In this document: positions 29,356 through 38,897 of the stretch, in pieces
Numbering within the stretch: position 1 is the first letter of the stretch
How the letters are laid out: each line of letters begins with the position of its first letter
NCBI GenBank assembly: GCA_963846575.1
Contig: CAWJWJ010000002.1
Span: 800,001 to 864,000, forward strand
Reading direction: 5' to 3'
Source: an uncultured Nitrospiraceae bacterium
GTDB lineage: Bacteria; Nitrospirota; Nitrospiria; Nitrospirales; Nitrospiraceae
Length of the DNA stretch: 64,000 bases
Made by a program: the position numbers and the translations under genes
The notes under the pieces: model-generated
Seen by the model: the letters and a program-made list of their open reading frames with translations, nothing else
Told to the model about the DNA's origin: nothing
Database searches by the model: none

Positions 29356-30158
29356 ACGGGCCGCGACCGGTTGTGCGACGGAGCTGTTCACTCGTGCTCG
29401 TCTTGACCGTCGCGCTTGCGGCACCGTTGTCTGACGGGCGAGCCGAGCCGGCGACCTGCACTCTTCCCTTACAGCATGCGGGCCTGACATTTCCATTGGA
29501 GCGGGTGCATCCGACCTGGACTTGCCGGATGTACCCGGTCGTCAGTCACTACACGACGGCGACGAAAATCGGACCAATGCGCACTCCGTTACCCGAACGT
29601 ATTTTTCTGTACCTGCTGACCCATCCGGTGATGACCGCGGCCCTCGTCAATCGCCTCGATCTGGGCCTGTACAAGGCGGAGATGCGGGACGGAGAGGAAT
29701 TTTGGGCGACCGATGGGGAGGGCACCGAAGGAATCATAAACCCGGTCTTTCAAGACCCCACGACAAAGATATACATTGCGCAGGGCAGCCACGACGGAAG
29801 ACTATTGCCGAAGGTGACGGGCAAAGCCGTGGTGCTGCTCAGGCTTCAGCCGGTCACGGACAGCCGTGGTATCGAATCGATGGACAGCACGTTGGTCGCC
29901 TATCTTCGGCTCGACAATCGATTCCTGTCAGGCATCTTGTCGCTACTACGCCCGCTGATCGATAGTGTAATGAACCGGCAGTTGGTCAAGGCATTTGATG
30001 CGGCTCGCCTGCTGGGCGGGGCGATGCGCGAGCACCCCGAGCGGGTATTGTTCGAGGCGACGGACCCGCCCGCCCTGCCGGACGAAGAGGTGGCCTTCTT
30101 GAAACAGGCTCTCGCCAGTCTGCACAACCCCGCCGTACCCTCCCGGCCCACGCCATGA
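29352..30158 (+). CDS. Exported hypothetical protein
   Basis: Signal peptide; ATGA overlap with the upstream gene. Confidence 0.75.
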   Translation: MNGPRPVVRRSCSLVLVLTVALAAPLSDGRAEPATCTLPLQHAGLTFPLERVHPTWTCRMYPVVSHYTTATKIGPMRTPLPERIFLYLLTHPVMTAALVNRLDLGLYKAEMRDGEEFWATDGEGTEGIINPVFQDPTTKIYIAQGSHDGRLLPKVTGKAVVLLRLQPVTDSRGIESMDSTLVAYLRLDNRFLSGILSLLRPLIDSVMNRQLVKAFDAARLLGGAMREHPERVLFEATDPPALPDEEVAFLKQALASLHNPAVPSRPTP

Positions 30159-30172
30159 CAACTTTCTGACCG

Positions 30173-30771
30173 ATGGACCCCAATACAAACCGGACACAAT
30201 TATGCTGCGCTCGCATCATGGTGGCTTGAGCAGATGAAGGACTCGGCGTATGGCCTAGCGGCGTTGGAGCGCGCCCTCACATTTGTTGCACCGGGCGGCC
30301 AGGCACTGGACGTCGGCTGCGGATGCGACGGGCGGTTTCTGCACCTTCTTCTGGAGCGAGGATTTCAATGCACGGGTCTCGACATTTCGAGGGATGACTG
30401 CGTTGGCGAAGCCCCGGCATCCTCAAGCGACGTTCGTGGTGGACGGTATGTGCACGTGGCCGCTCCCGCGGCAGTACGATGTGATCGCGGGGTGGGACAG
30501 TACGGTTCATTTCCCTCTCGACCGTCATGAGCCCGTGCTCCGACAGCTCTGCGAAGGCCTGTCGAAGGGCTGTGTGCTGTTGTTGACCTGTGGTGGAGCT
30601 GCAGCGGACGAACGCAGCCAGGGGGAATTCGGCGGGACACGATTCGAGTACAGCTCACTGGGTGTTCCCGAGTTTGCGCGGCTGCTCTGGGGTTTCGGCT
30701 GTGCCATCCGACACCTGGAATATGATCAATATACTGAGAACCATGTTTATCTTATCGCCGCAATACTCTAA
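30173..30771 (+). pseudogene. Class I SAM-dependent methyltransferase with two frameshifts
   Basis: ATG 30173 (MDP) shifts into IQTGHNYAALASWWLEQMKD...ALDVGCGCDG...GLDIS; second shift near 30390 into GMTALAK...YDVIAGWDS...ENHVYLIA. Confidence 0.8.
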
Positions 30772-30885
30772 TGGCAGTCGGCCAGGTGCCGGTGTCGGTT
30801 TCGCCGGTAGCGGACGAATCGATTCAGTCAATCCGTCCTGGCCTCTGATCGGCGAGGGGGAATTTGACGCCCCTATGAGGTCTAA

Positions 30886-32061
30886 ATGACCACCGGCCGC
30901 AGCTTTTTCTACCTCTGCACCATCGGGATATTCTGTTTTATCAGTTACAACCTCATTCGCATGCCGGTGCTGGCTTTGTTCGCCGAATCACTGGGTGCGG
31001 GCCCGGAGCGCATCGGGTTGATCGTGTCCGTGTCAACGCTTACGGGAGTGCTGTTGAAATTACCGTCCGGTGCCCTCTCCGATATCTACGGACGCAAGCT
31101 GTTGCTACGAGTCGGGGTGGTGGCGTTTGGGCTGCCGCCCTTCATCTATCCATTCGTATCAGACCTGGATGTGCTGACGGGACTTCGATTCGTCCACGGT
31201 CTGGCGACGGCTATTTTTGCCCCGAGTGCGCTGGCAACCGTGGCAGACCTCTATAAGGAGCGACGCGGCAAAGCGATGGGTACCTATACGGCCTGCACCC
31301 AGTCCGGCGCACTGTTGGGTCCCTTTTTGGGCGGGTGGTTGGTATATACGGCCGGTTTCTCTACCGCGTTTGTCACCGCCGGCCTGTTCGGTTGCATTGC
31401 GATCCTGATCTTTTTCAGCCTCCATTTGAACGAGCCTCCGCCACGAGTGAGGGAGAGGGGCCTGGCTCCCGTTCTGACCGAAATGGGCAAGGGGTTCATT
31501 GCCGTCGCACGCAACCGCCGAGTCTTGATTACCAGTTCCACGGATGCGGCGAAGATGATTGCCAACGGCGCCTTGATGGCGTTTCTCCCGCTCTATGGAC
31601 TGTCCGTGGGACTCAACGCTGGCGAAGTCGGCTTGTTGTTCAGCGTGCAGGCCGTGACGTCCTTTTTCTCCAAGCCGATCATGGGACGTGTCTCGGACCG
31701 GGTGGGTCGACAGCCGTTAATCGTAACCGGGCTGGCCATCTGCGCCGCGACCTTTGTTAGCATGCCTTATGTAGGTTCGTTTGCCACCCTGTTGCTGCTC
31801 TCGTCTGGATTCGGCTTCGGGGAGGCTGTTGTTTCCTCCTCGTCTGCCGCGCTGGTGGCGGATAGTTCGGAGTTCAAACGGCTTGGGGCGGGGATGGGCA
31901 TGCAAGGGATGGTGATGGACATCGGCCACGCCAGCGGTCCCCTGTTGGCGGGTATCCTGATCGCTCGCGCCAGCTACCAGAGCGCGTTTGCCGTCATTGC
32001 GGGCCTCCAAATTGTGGCCGCCGTCGCCTTTTGGGCCACGATGAGGAAATGTCCCCGGTAG
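30886..32061 (+). CDS. MFS transporter
   Basis: Motif A twice (GALSDIYGRK, GRVSDRVGRQ); about 12 TM segments. Confidence 0.93.
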   Translation: MTTGRSFFYLCTIGIFCFISYNLIRMPVLALFAESLGAGPERIGLIVSVSTLTGVLLKLPSGALSDIYGRKLLLRVGVVAFGLPPFIYPFVSDLDVLTGLRFVHGLATAIFAPSALATVADLYKERRGKAMGTYTACTQSGALLGPFLGGWLVYTAGFSTAFVTAGLFGCIAILIFFSLHLNEPPPRVRERGLAPVLTEMGKGFIAVARNRRVLITSSTDAAKMIANGALMAFLPLYGLSVGLNAGEVGLLFSVQAVTSFFSKPIMGRVSDRVGRQPLIVTGLAICAATFVSMPYVGSFATLLLLSSGFGFGEAVVSSSSAALVADSSEFKRLGAGMGMQGMVMDIGHASGPLLAGILIARASYQSAFAVIAGLQIVAAVAFWATMRKCPR

Positions 32062-32070
32062 TGTTATAAT
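32062..32070 (+). promoter_or_regulatory. Extended -10 element upstream of riboflavin synthase
   Basis: TGTTATAAT consensus. Confidence 0.45.
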
Positions 32071-32233
32071 GCCGCCGCATTTTTCTGAGGGACATCACAT
32101 TTTTCAAAAGGACGTTTGACAAATGGATACGGATTTTCTCGAGATTGTGCAACGCGCCATTGCGGCGGTTGGTGCCCTTGGACTGCTGAGTTTTTGTCTG
32201 TATCTACTGAACCATCGCAAAGGAAGTTAAGGT

Positions 32234-32890
32234 ATGTTCAGCGGTATCGTGGAAGAAGTGGGCGCGGTCTCCCTCCAGAACAGGGGCTTGGCCGGGACCC
32301 GTCTGACCATCATGGCCTCGACGATCATGGGGGACCTCATCATCGGTGCCAGCGTCAGTGTGAACGGCACCTGCCTCACTGTGGTGGCAAGAACGGATCA
32401 CGATTTTTCTGTAGATGTCTCGCCGGAAACGCTTCAGGCCACGACTCTAGGTAGTCTCGCATCCGGTTCGCCCGTCAACTTGGAACGGGCCATGAAACTG
32501 AACGATCGGATCGGCGGGCATATGGTATCCGGGCACGTCGATGGGATCGGGGCGCTCCGCAGCCGGCACCAGGACGGCAATGCGCTGATTCTGGAGGTAG
32601 AAGCGCCCAAGGATATCCTGCGCTTGTGCGTGGTCAAGGGATCGATCACGGTGGATGGTATCAGTCTTACCATCAACGAGATCACCGAGCGGTCATTCGT
32701 GGTCTCGATCATTCCCCATACCGCCAAAGTCACCACGCTTGGTTTGAAGCAGGTGGGCGACCAGGTAAATCTCGAATCGGACCTCATCGGCAAGTACGTC
32801 GAACGCCTGCTGCAGGAACGCGGCATCCTCCCGCCCAAACCGGCCCCGGTCATCGATAAGGATTATTTAAAGAGGCGGGGATTGCTCTAA
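32234..32890 (+). CDS. ribE: Riboflavin synthase (alpha chain)
   Basis: MFSGIVEE, SVNGTCLTV, VNLERA...GGHMVSGHVDG, KGSITVDGISLT, IIPHT. Confidence 0.97.
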   Translation: MFSGIVEEVGAVSLQNRGLAGTRLTIMASTIMGDLIIGASVSVNGTCLTVVARTDHDFSVDVSPETLQATTLGSLASGSPVNLERAMKLNDRIGGHMVSGHVDGIGALRSRHQDGNALILEVEAPKDILRLCVVKGSITVDGISLTINEITERSFVVSIIPHTAKVTTLGLKQVGDQVNLESDLIGKYVERLLQERGILPPKPAPVIDKDYLKRRGLL

Positions 32891-32918
32891 TTACGATGAC
32901 ACGTCGCACGGAGATCGC

Positions 32919-33530
32919 GTGATCAGTAGGCGCGCAGTGTTCGGTTGCCTGGCTGTCCTTGTCATGTTTTCCGGCTGTGCGGCGCCTGGAGTCGTTGCAA
33001 CCAGCGATCCTGGTCAAAAATTGAGAGAGGCCTATGCATTGTTCGAGAGGAAGCATCGGCCGGTTCCGGCCGAACGCCGGATTCGGGAAGCCATTTCAAT
33101 ATACGAAGAGAACCAGGACGATCTTGGTTTGGCGGAAGCCCACCGCGCCTACGGATTGTTCTTCCGGTCGCGCGCCGTCGAAGAATGGCGCGAACACTAT
33201 GAAGGAGGATTTCTGGAACCTGGCGCCGCTTTTGCGAACAGGTTCGAAAAGTCCGTCGGACATTTCAGCAGGGCGGCGGAAATCCTAGACCGGCACCAGC
33301 GACATGATCGGCTCGCTAATATCTATCTGAATGGCGCCATTACGTATGAAATACATCATCAGCCTCAGCAGGCTTGTGACTGGTTCAGCAGAAGCCTCGA
33401 GAGCAACGAACGTTATTTGAAAGAGCATCCCGACGCAACGATCGATTTGCCCGATGGGTTTGCCTCGTTTGAGGCGTTTGTGATTTCCAGGAAAAATAAT
33501 CTGCAGTGTCTGCCGGATAGGCGTAACTGA
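32919..33530 (+). CDS. TPR-like lipoprotein
   Basis: Lipobox FSGC; helical TPR-like repeats. Confidence 0.75.
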   Translation: MISRRAVFGCLAVLVMFSGCAAPGVVATSDPGQKLREAYALFERKHRPVPAERRIREAISIYEENQDDLGLAEAHRAYGLFFRSRAVEEWREHYEGGFLEPGAAFANRFEKSVGHFSRAAEILDRHQRHDRLANIYLNGAITYEIHHQPQQACDWFSRSLESNERYLKEHPDATIDLPDGFASFEAFVISRKNNLQCLPDRRN

Positions 33531-33776
33531 GAAAACTCGGACTCTCAATCCCTGCAGTCCTGTCCTGCAACGATCCCGCCTTGTCATTGAGGAGGGAATT
33601 TTGTCCCGACACTCACCCCGATTACTCGTTCCGGATGTATCACTCCGCTGGGGAGGTTGGACGGCTATCGCGCAATCCCCCACCCAGGGTCTGCCTCCAC
33701 CGCTGCCTGCGCATGCCGGCGTGCTGGTACGTCCGTCCTGTCTCAGACGGTCGGTCAGGCCCTAGCCGTCTCTCGC

Positions 33777-34322
33777 TTATTTCACCACGAATACCTTGGA
33801 GTCTTCGCCGGAAGCAGTGGTGACCGTCGTCATGGCCAGGCCTTTGCGCTTACCGCTCGGCACGGTGGCTGTGATTTGAGTGTCACTCTCGAATTTGAAC
33901 GTGGCGGGGTAACCGGGTCCGAACGATACCGAGCGCAGGCAGTCGGCAGGACCGAAGTTCTTACCGGCAATCGTCACCTTGTCACCGGCTGTCCCTTCAT
34001 CCGGCGTCATCGACGCGATTATCGGCGCTTCACCGTAACAGGCCTGGCCCTTGGCTGCCGTTTCCGCGGAGCTATATTTGGGCGCCGGGGCTTTAGTCGT
34101 GGGGGCCGCAGCGGGTGTGGCCTTCTTTTCTCCGCCCTTTGAGGTGGGTTTCTTCTCGGGAGCCTTCTTGACCACTGGCGCCTTGCTCGCGGCCGGTGGC
34201 GTGGCTTTTTCAGCCGGCCTCTTTGCGTCCTCCGCTGCAGTCGCATAGGACATCCCGCCCAATAACATGATCCCTAGTGCCGCCGCGACCACGATGCCCT
34301 GTCCGTTTCTCAGCCTCTGCAT
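33777..34322 (-). CDS. Exported IPT/TIG-domain protein with Pro/Ala/Lys-rich linker
   Basis: GGAGG RBS; PIIASMTPDEGTAGDKVTIAGKNFG...SDTQITATVP. Confidence 0.85.
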   Translation of the reverse strand: MQRLRNGQGIVVAAALGIMLLGGMSYATAAEDAKRPAEKATPPAASKAPVVKKAPEKKPTSKGGEKKATPAAAPTTKAPAPKYSSAETAAKGQACYGEAPIIASMTPDEGTAGDKVTIAGKNFGPADCLRSVSFGPGYPATFKFESDTQITATVPSGKRKGLAMTTVTTASGEDSKVFVVK

Positions 34323-34378
34323 GACCAGCCTCCCTGCATACCGTTAAAAAATCGTGGCCCGACTGAACCAGAACCGGT

Positions 34379-36268
34379 TCAGTCCTCAATGGTCGAAATG
34401 TCGCCGACATCCTGTCCCAATTCTTTGGCTTTGAGTACCCGCCGCATGATCTTTCCCGAACGTGTCTTCGGTAACGATGCCACTATGTCGATTTCCTGCG
34501 GGACTGCGATTTTCCCAAGTTCCTTCAGTACCTGATTTTTAAGCGATTGGACTAGTTCCTTCGAATCCTCATATCCCTGCTTCAATATGACAAAGGCCTT
34601 GATGGCTTCGCCCGCCGTGCGATGCGGTTTGCCGATCACTGCGGCTTCGGCGACGGCCTCGTGACTTACGAGTGCGCTTTCGACCTCCGCGGTCCCGATG
34701 CGATTGCCGGCCACTTTGATCACATCGTCCGCTCGACCCATGAACCACATGTAGCCGTCATTGTCCTTCCGGCAGACGTCGCCCGCCGTATAACAATTGG
34801 GAATCGTATTCCAGTACACTTTGTAGCGGTCGGGATCTTTGTAGATTGTCCGCATCATCGAGGGCCAAGGCTGCCTGATAACGGCGAAGCCGCCGGCATT
34901 GTTGGGCAGGCTCCGGCCTTCCTTATCCACCACGTCGGCCTCAATGCCGAGAAAAGGTCTGGTCGCGGACCCCGGTTTGAGGGGTACGGAAGGGAGCGGA
35001 GTTATCAGAATGGAGCCGGTCTCGGTTTGCCACCAGGTGTCCATGATGGGTTTGTTGCTTCCGGTGACGCGGTAAAACCATTCCCAGGCCTCCGGGTTGA
35101 TCGGTTCCCCGACGCTGCCGAGAATGCGCAAGCCGGAGAGATCGAATTTTTTCGGCCACTCTTCGCCGTATTTCATCAGGAGGCGAATGGCAGTGGGGGT
35201 CGTGTAAAAAATCGACACGCCATATCGTTCGATGAGATCCCACCAGCGGCCGGGGTTCGGGTAGTCGGGCTTACCCTCGGCCATGAGGACCGTGGCGCCG
35301 TTCAAGAGCGGACCGTAGACGATGTAACTGTGTCCAGTGACCCAGCCCGGATCCGCCACACAAAAATAGACGTCTTCTTCCTTGAGGTCGAAGACGTACT
35401 TCGTGGTGATGTAGGTGCCGACCATATAGCCACCGTGAACATGCACCACGCCCTTCGGTTTCCCCGTGGTTCCCGACGTATACAGTATGTACAGCGGGTG
35501 TTCTGCGTCGAGCGGTTCAGCGGGACAGACAGCGGTCTGTCCTTTGAGCCAATCCTTCCAATCGATTTCCTTCGGCTCGATGAGCGCGATTCCCTGCGCC
35601 TCTCGACGCACCACGACGACCTTCTCGACCGAGGGGCAGGATCGTACGGCATCGTCGACGACGCCTTTGAGGTTAATGGTTTTCCCACGATCGTAGCCGA
35701 CGTCCGCTGTGATTACGACGCGCGCCTCAGCGTCTTGAATGCGGCTCGCGAGGGCGGGGGCGCTAAAGCCGGAATACACGACACTGTGGATGACCCCAAT
35801 CCTGGCACAGGCGAGCATGGCCACGACCTGTTCGGGAATTTTAGGAAGGTAGATGGTGACACGATCGCCTTTCTCCAGCCCGAGTGCCTTGAGGGCATTC
35901 GCGCAGCGGTTGACCTGACGCAGCAACTCTCCATATGTGAAAATGCGTTCTTCGCCGTTCTCTCCCACCCAAATGACGGCAACCTTGTTCCGGCGCCAAC
36001 CGTTGGCGTGGCGATCCAGACAGTTATAGGCAATGTTGCAGGTCGCTCCTACAAACCACTTGGCCCAGGGATAGTTCCACTCCAGGATGCGGTGCCACGG
36101 CGTAAACCATTCCAATTCTTTGGCGACGCCGCTCCAGAACCCTTCCGGGTCTGCGATAGAGGCCTTGTAGGCCTGGTCATAGTCTTGAATATGCGCCGCT
36201 GCCTTTGTGCGGGCGGTCGGCTGAATGATGCGGCCCTCCTTCACGAGGGTATCGATCTTCTCGTCCAT
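34379..36268 (-). CDS. acsA: Acetyl-CoA synthetase
   Basis: YTSGTTGKPKG, GWVTGHSY, SVGEPINPEAW, DTWWQTETG, PKTRSGKIMRR; GGAGG RBS before ATG 36268. Confidence 0.97.
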   Translation of the reverse strand: MDEKIDTLVKEGRIIQPTARTKAAAHIQDYDQAYKASIADPEGFWSGVAKELEWFTPWHRILEWNYPWAKWFVGATCNIAYNCLDRHANGWRRNKVAVIWVGENGEERIFTYGELLRQVNRCANALKALGLEKGDRVTIYLPKIPEQVVAMLACARIGVIHSVVYSGFSAPALASRIQDAEARVVITADVGYDRGKTINLKGVVDDAVRSCPSVEKVVVVRREAQGIALIEPKEIDWKDWLKGQTAVCPAEPLDAEHPLYILYTSGTTGKPKGVVHVHGGYMVGTYITTKYVFDLKEEDVYFCVADPGWVTGHSYIVYGPLLNGATVLMAEGKPDYPNPGRWWDLIERYGVSIFYTTPTAIRLLMKYGEEWPKKFDLSGLRILGSVGEPINPEAWEWFYRVTGSNKPIMDTWWQTETGSILITPLPSVPLKPGSATRPFLGIEADVVDKEGRSLPNNAGGFAVIRQPWPSMMRTIYKDPDRYKVYWNTIPNCYTAGDVCRKDNDGYMWFMGRADDVIKVAGNRIGTAEVESALVSHEAVAEAAVIGKPHRTAGEAIKAFVILKQGYEDSKELVQSLKNQVLKELGKIAVPQEIDIVASLPKTRSGKIMRRVLKAKELGQDVGDISTIED

Positions 36269-36433
36269 ATGCGTCGTGCCTCCACAATGCGCAAGCCTCT
36301 TGCGCGCGCGTTCATTCGTGGCTGGCATTATGCGGATAGGCCTGAGGAACTGCAACCCTTCGCCTTGTGAGGGAGGCGTGACTGAATAGCGGCGAGACCG
36401 CATGGTATAAGGACAAGGGCTTACTCTGCTTTC

Positions 36434-36463
36434 TTGACAGTCGAGGCGAGACGAGGGTAGGCT
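36434..36463 (+). promoter_or_regulatory. Putative sigma70 promoter for the caspase-TPR gene
   Basis: TTGACA-N18-TAGGCT. Confidence 0.45.
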
Positions 36464-36492
36464 GAAACCGTCGCACCTCACCGGATGCACTT

Positions 36493-37881
36493 GTGATGTC
36501 CTCACTAATACCTCACCGTTTGTTTCGAATTGCCGTCTGTCTCTTTTTTCTGGGTATTGCCGGAATATGGGGGAGCGGATCCGATGGCCTTGCCCAATTG
36601 GGAAAGCCGGAGGGACTTTATTATAAGTCCTGGGCCGTAGTCGTCGGCATCGAGAACTATCTCGTAGTGCCGAAAGTGCCCGGGGCGTTGGAAAGCGCCT
36701 CCGCCGTAGCCGGGGCTCTGCGAGGACTCGGGTTCGATGAAGTAATTGAACTCCGGGATAAGGACGCGAGCTTCAGGCGTCTGACGCAAATTCTCAACGA
36801 CTACCTGCCGAGAAAGGTCGGGAGACAGGACCGGGTCGTGCTGTTTTTTGCAGGTCACGCCGGCATCGCGCAAGAATCCCCGTCCACTGAACTGGGCTAC
36901 TTCGTTCCCTGGGATGCCCAGCTGACCAACACCAGCAAGACCATTACGCTGGATCAATTAAAAGAATTCAGCCGGCGATCCGCTTCAAAACACATGCTCT
37001 TGCTCTTCGATGCCAACCTCCGAGGCTGGGAAGTGACCGCGCCGCAACCTCTGTCGTTGGAGGGACGATTATCTCCCGAAGATGACACGGAAAAACGGGC
37101 TATCCAAGCGCTGACCTCCGCCGTGAACGCTGAAACGGTGGCACACAGTTCGGGAGTGAGTCCATTTGCCAGCGCGTTGGTTGCCGGTATGACGGGTTCG
37201 GCGGACCTCAATAAGAATGGCTGGGTCATGGCTAGCGAACTAGCGGCGTATGTGACGCAGACAGTGGAATCTGCCACCAAGGGGGCACAACATCCTCAGT
37301 TCGTTCAATTGGAGGGGGAGGGGGATGTCGTACTCATCGAGGGAAAGAAAGCGTTGTTTCATCTTGGGAGCGACCCGACGAGCGAGGCCGATCGATTAAA
37401 GGCGGCCCGCACACAATATGAACAGGCATTCGCCTTGCTCGAGCAGCACAAATCGGCTGAGGAGGCCCTGGAGCGGTTGAACCGTGCGATTGCCTACGAC
37501 CCGTCATTTGGAGATGCTTATGTGCTGAAAAGTTACGTGCGGCTCGAGGTCTTGCCGAACCTGGAAGAATCTCTGGCGGCTGCGCGAGCGGCCGTTCAAT
37601 ATGCTCCTCAGAATCCGGATTCGCATTACTCGCTTGGACTTGCCTTGGAGAAGAAGACGCAGTTTCGCGAGGCCGAGGCCGCCATGCAGCAGGCGCTCGC
37701 CGTCAACCCGGCCTATGCGGATGTGTACCTCTCGCTGGGTACGCTGTACGCCGACCACTTGAATGAGCCGCAGAAATCGGTCGACGCGTTTCGCCGGTAC
37801 ATTGAGTTAGGTGGACAAAATGAGCGTGCGGCCGGCGCCGTGCAAGGCGGTAATTCCTCGACCGGGAAGCCAGGACCTTAG
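36493..37881 (+). CDS. Exported caspase-like (peptidase C14) + TPR protein lacking the catalytic Cys
   Basis: WAVVVGIENY, FFAGHAG, LLFDANLRG (DAC replaced by DAN), ADLNKNGWV..SEL, C-terminal TPRs. Confidence 0.85.
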   Translation: MMSSLIPHRLFRIAVCLFFLGIAGIWGSGSDGLAQLGKPEGLYYKSWAVVVGIENYLVVPKVPGALESASAVAGALRGLGFDEVIELRDKDASFRRLTQILNDYLPRKVGRQDRVVLFFAGHAGIAQESPSTELGYFVPWDAQLTNTSKTITLDQLKEFSRRSASKHMLLLFDANLRGWEVTAPQPLSLEGRLSPEDDTEKRAIQALTSAVNAETVAHSSGVSPFASALVAGMTGSADLNKNGWVMASELAAYVTQTVESATKGAQHPQFVQLEGEGDVVLIEGKKALFHLGSDPTSEADRLKAARTQYEQAFALLEQHKSAEEALERLNRAIAYDPSFGDAYVLKSYVRLEVLPNLEESLAAARAAVQYAPQNPDSHYSLGLALEKKTQFREAEAAMQQALAVNPAYADVYLSLGTLYADHLNEPQKSVDAFRRYIELGGQNERAAGAVQGGNSSTGKPGP

Positions 37882-38048
37882 TCTTTCCCACCACCTTTTA
37901 AGTAACCCAGTCCGATTTTCAACGCACGGCGCGTGATTTCCGGCCAACGTGCTTGGGGGTACTCGGCCAATACCGCCGCTGCTTTTGGATCCTGGATATC
38001 GAGTTGCACGACTTTGATGATACCGTCTTCGATTTGAACATCTGCCAT
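37878..38048 (-). CDS. Small hypothetical protein (56 aa), below the ORF-track cutoff
   Basis: GGAGGAG RBS; MADVQIEDGIIKVVQLDIQDPKAAAVLAEYPQARWPEITRRALKIGLGYLKGGGKD*; stop overlaps the convergent stop by 4 nt. Confidence 0.75.
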   Translation of the reverse strand: MADVQIEDGIIKVVQLDIQDPKAAAVLAEYPQARWPEITRRALKIGLGYLKGGGKD

Positions 38049-38119
38049 GGGCTGGTCTCCTCCGGTAATTTCTGTTTCCTGTGGTCAGTGAGTCCATCAA
38101 CCGGATAAGTTGTTGCGCG

Positions 38120-38148
38120 TTGACTCTCCTCAGGGTGCATGTTAGCAT
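38120..38148 (+). promoter_or_regulatory. Putative sigma70 promoter for the lipoprotein operon
   Basis: TTGACT-N17-TAGCAT with extended TG. Confidence 0.55.
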
Positions 38149-38281
38149 AAAAAAACCTGAATTTTCGCGCAATTGTGTGCCTGTCACAATTGAACCTCGC
38201 ACGTCTGACACTTTCATTTTGCATCTCGCCCGCGAAGCTGAGCCGTCAGCTCTCACATGCGTCACACCAAGGAGGAATCGT

Positions 38282-38848
38282 ATGAGCAGAGTAGGGGGGG
38301 CTTTCTCGAGATGTGCCTTGAGCGCCCTGGCGCTCGCATTGTTGATCGGGCTGGCTGCTTGTGGTGGTCCACCCAACTGGGTCAAAAACGGGTCGGGCGC
38401 CTATAACGAAAAGAACGACAAGTCATTTTACGGGGTGGGCTCCGTGGTGGGCGTGCGGAATGAACCGTTAGCGTGGGATACAGCCGAGAACCGGAGCCGC
38501 GCCGAAATTGCCAAGACGTTTGAAACCTACACCGCCTATCTCATGCGAGACTATGCCGCTTCGACGACTGCCGGAGATTTTTCTCGTAACAGTGAGGAAC
38601 AGAACATCGAACGAGCTGTGAAGACCTTCTCCGCCGTGACTCTGAACGGGGTGAAGCCGATGGCTCGATACCATGACGAAAAATCCGGTGCCTACTATGT
38701 TCTGACGAAACTCAGCCTCGAAGACATGAAAAACAATCTCGAGCAGGCGAAGGAGTTAAACGGGCAGGTCCGCGATTTTGTACGGAAGAATGCAGACCGG
38801 TTGTTTGATCGTCTTGAAAAGGAAGAGGATAAGCGGGCGACTAAATAA
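38282..38848 (+). CDS. LPP20-like lipoprotein
   Basis: AAGGAGG RBS; lipobox LAAC; PNWV...FYGVG...AENRSRAEIA. Confidence 0.8.
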   Translation: MSRVGGAFSRCALSALALALLIGLAACGGPPNWVKNGSGAYNEKNDKSFYGVGSVVGVRNEPLAWDTAENRSRAEIAKTFETYTAYLMRDYAASTTAGDFSRNSEEQNIERAVKTFSAVTLNGVKPMARYHDEKSGAYYVLTKLSLEDMKNNLEQAKELNGQVRDFVRKNADRLFDRLEKEEDKRATK

Positions 38849-38897
38849 TCAGACGGTGCATCGACGACGTTGCAATGGGTGGTCTGGAGGAGATGGA

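Noticed and set aside
32062..32233. Possible FMN riboswitch before ribE
   Set aside because: Conserved RFN motifs (AGGGCGGGG.GAAATTCCC.ACCG) not found
34622..36370. 582-aa plus-strand ORF
   Set aside because: Antisense shadow of acsA, typical of GC-rich codon bias; no motifs
37807..38385. 192-aa and 101-aa minus-strand ORFs
   Set aside because: The 192-aa ORF overlaps real genes and neither has an RBS; the 56-aa frame at 37878-38048 is better supported
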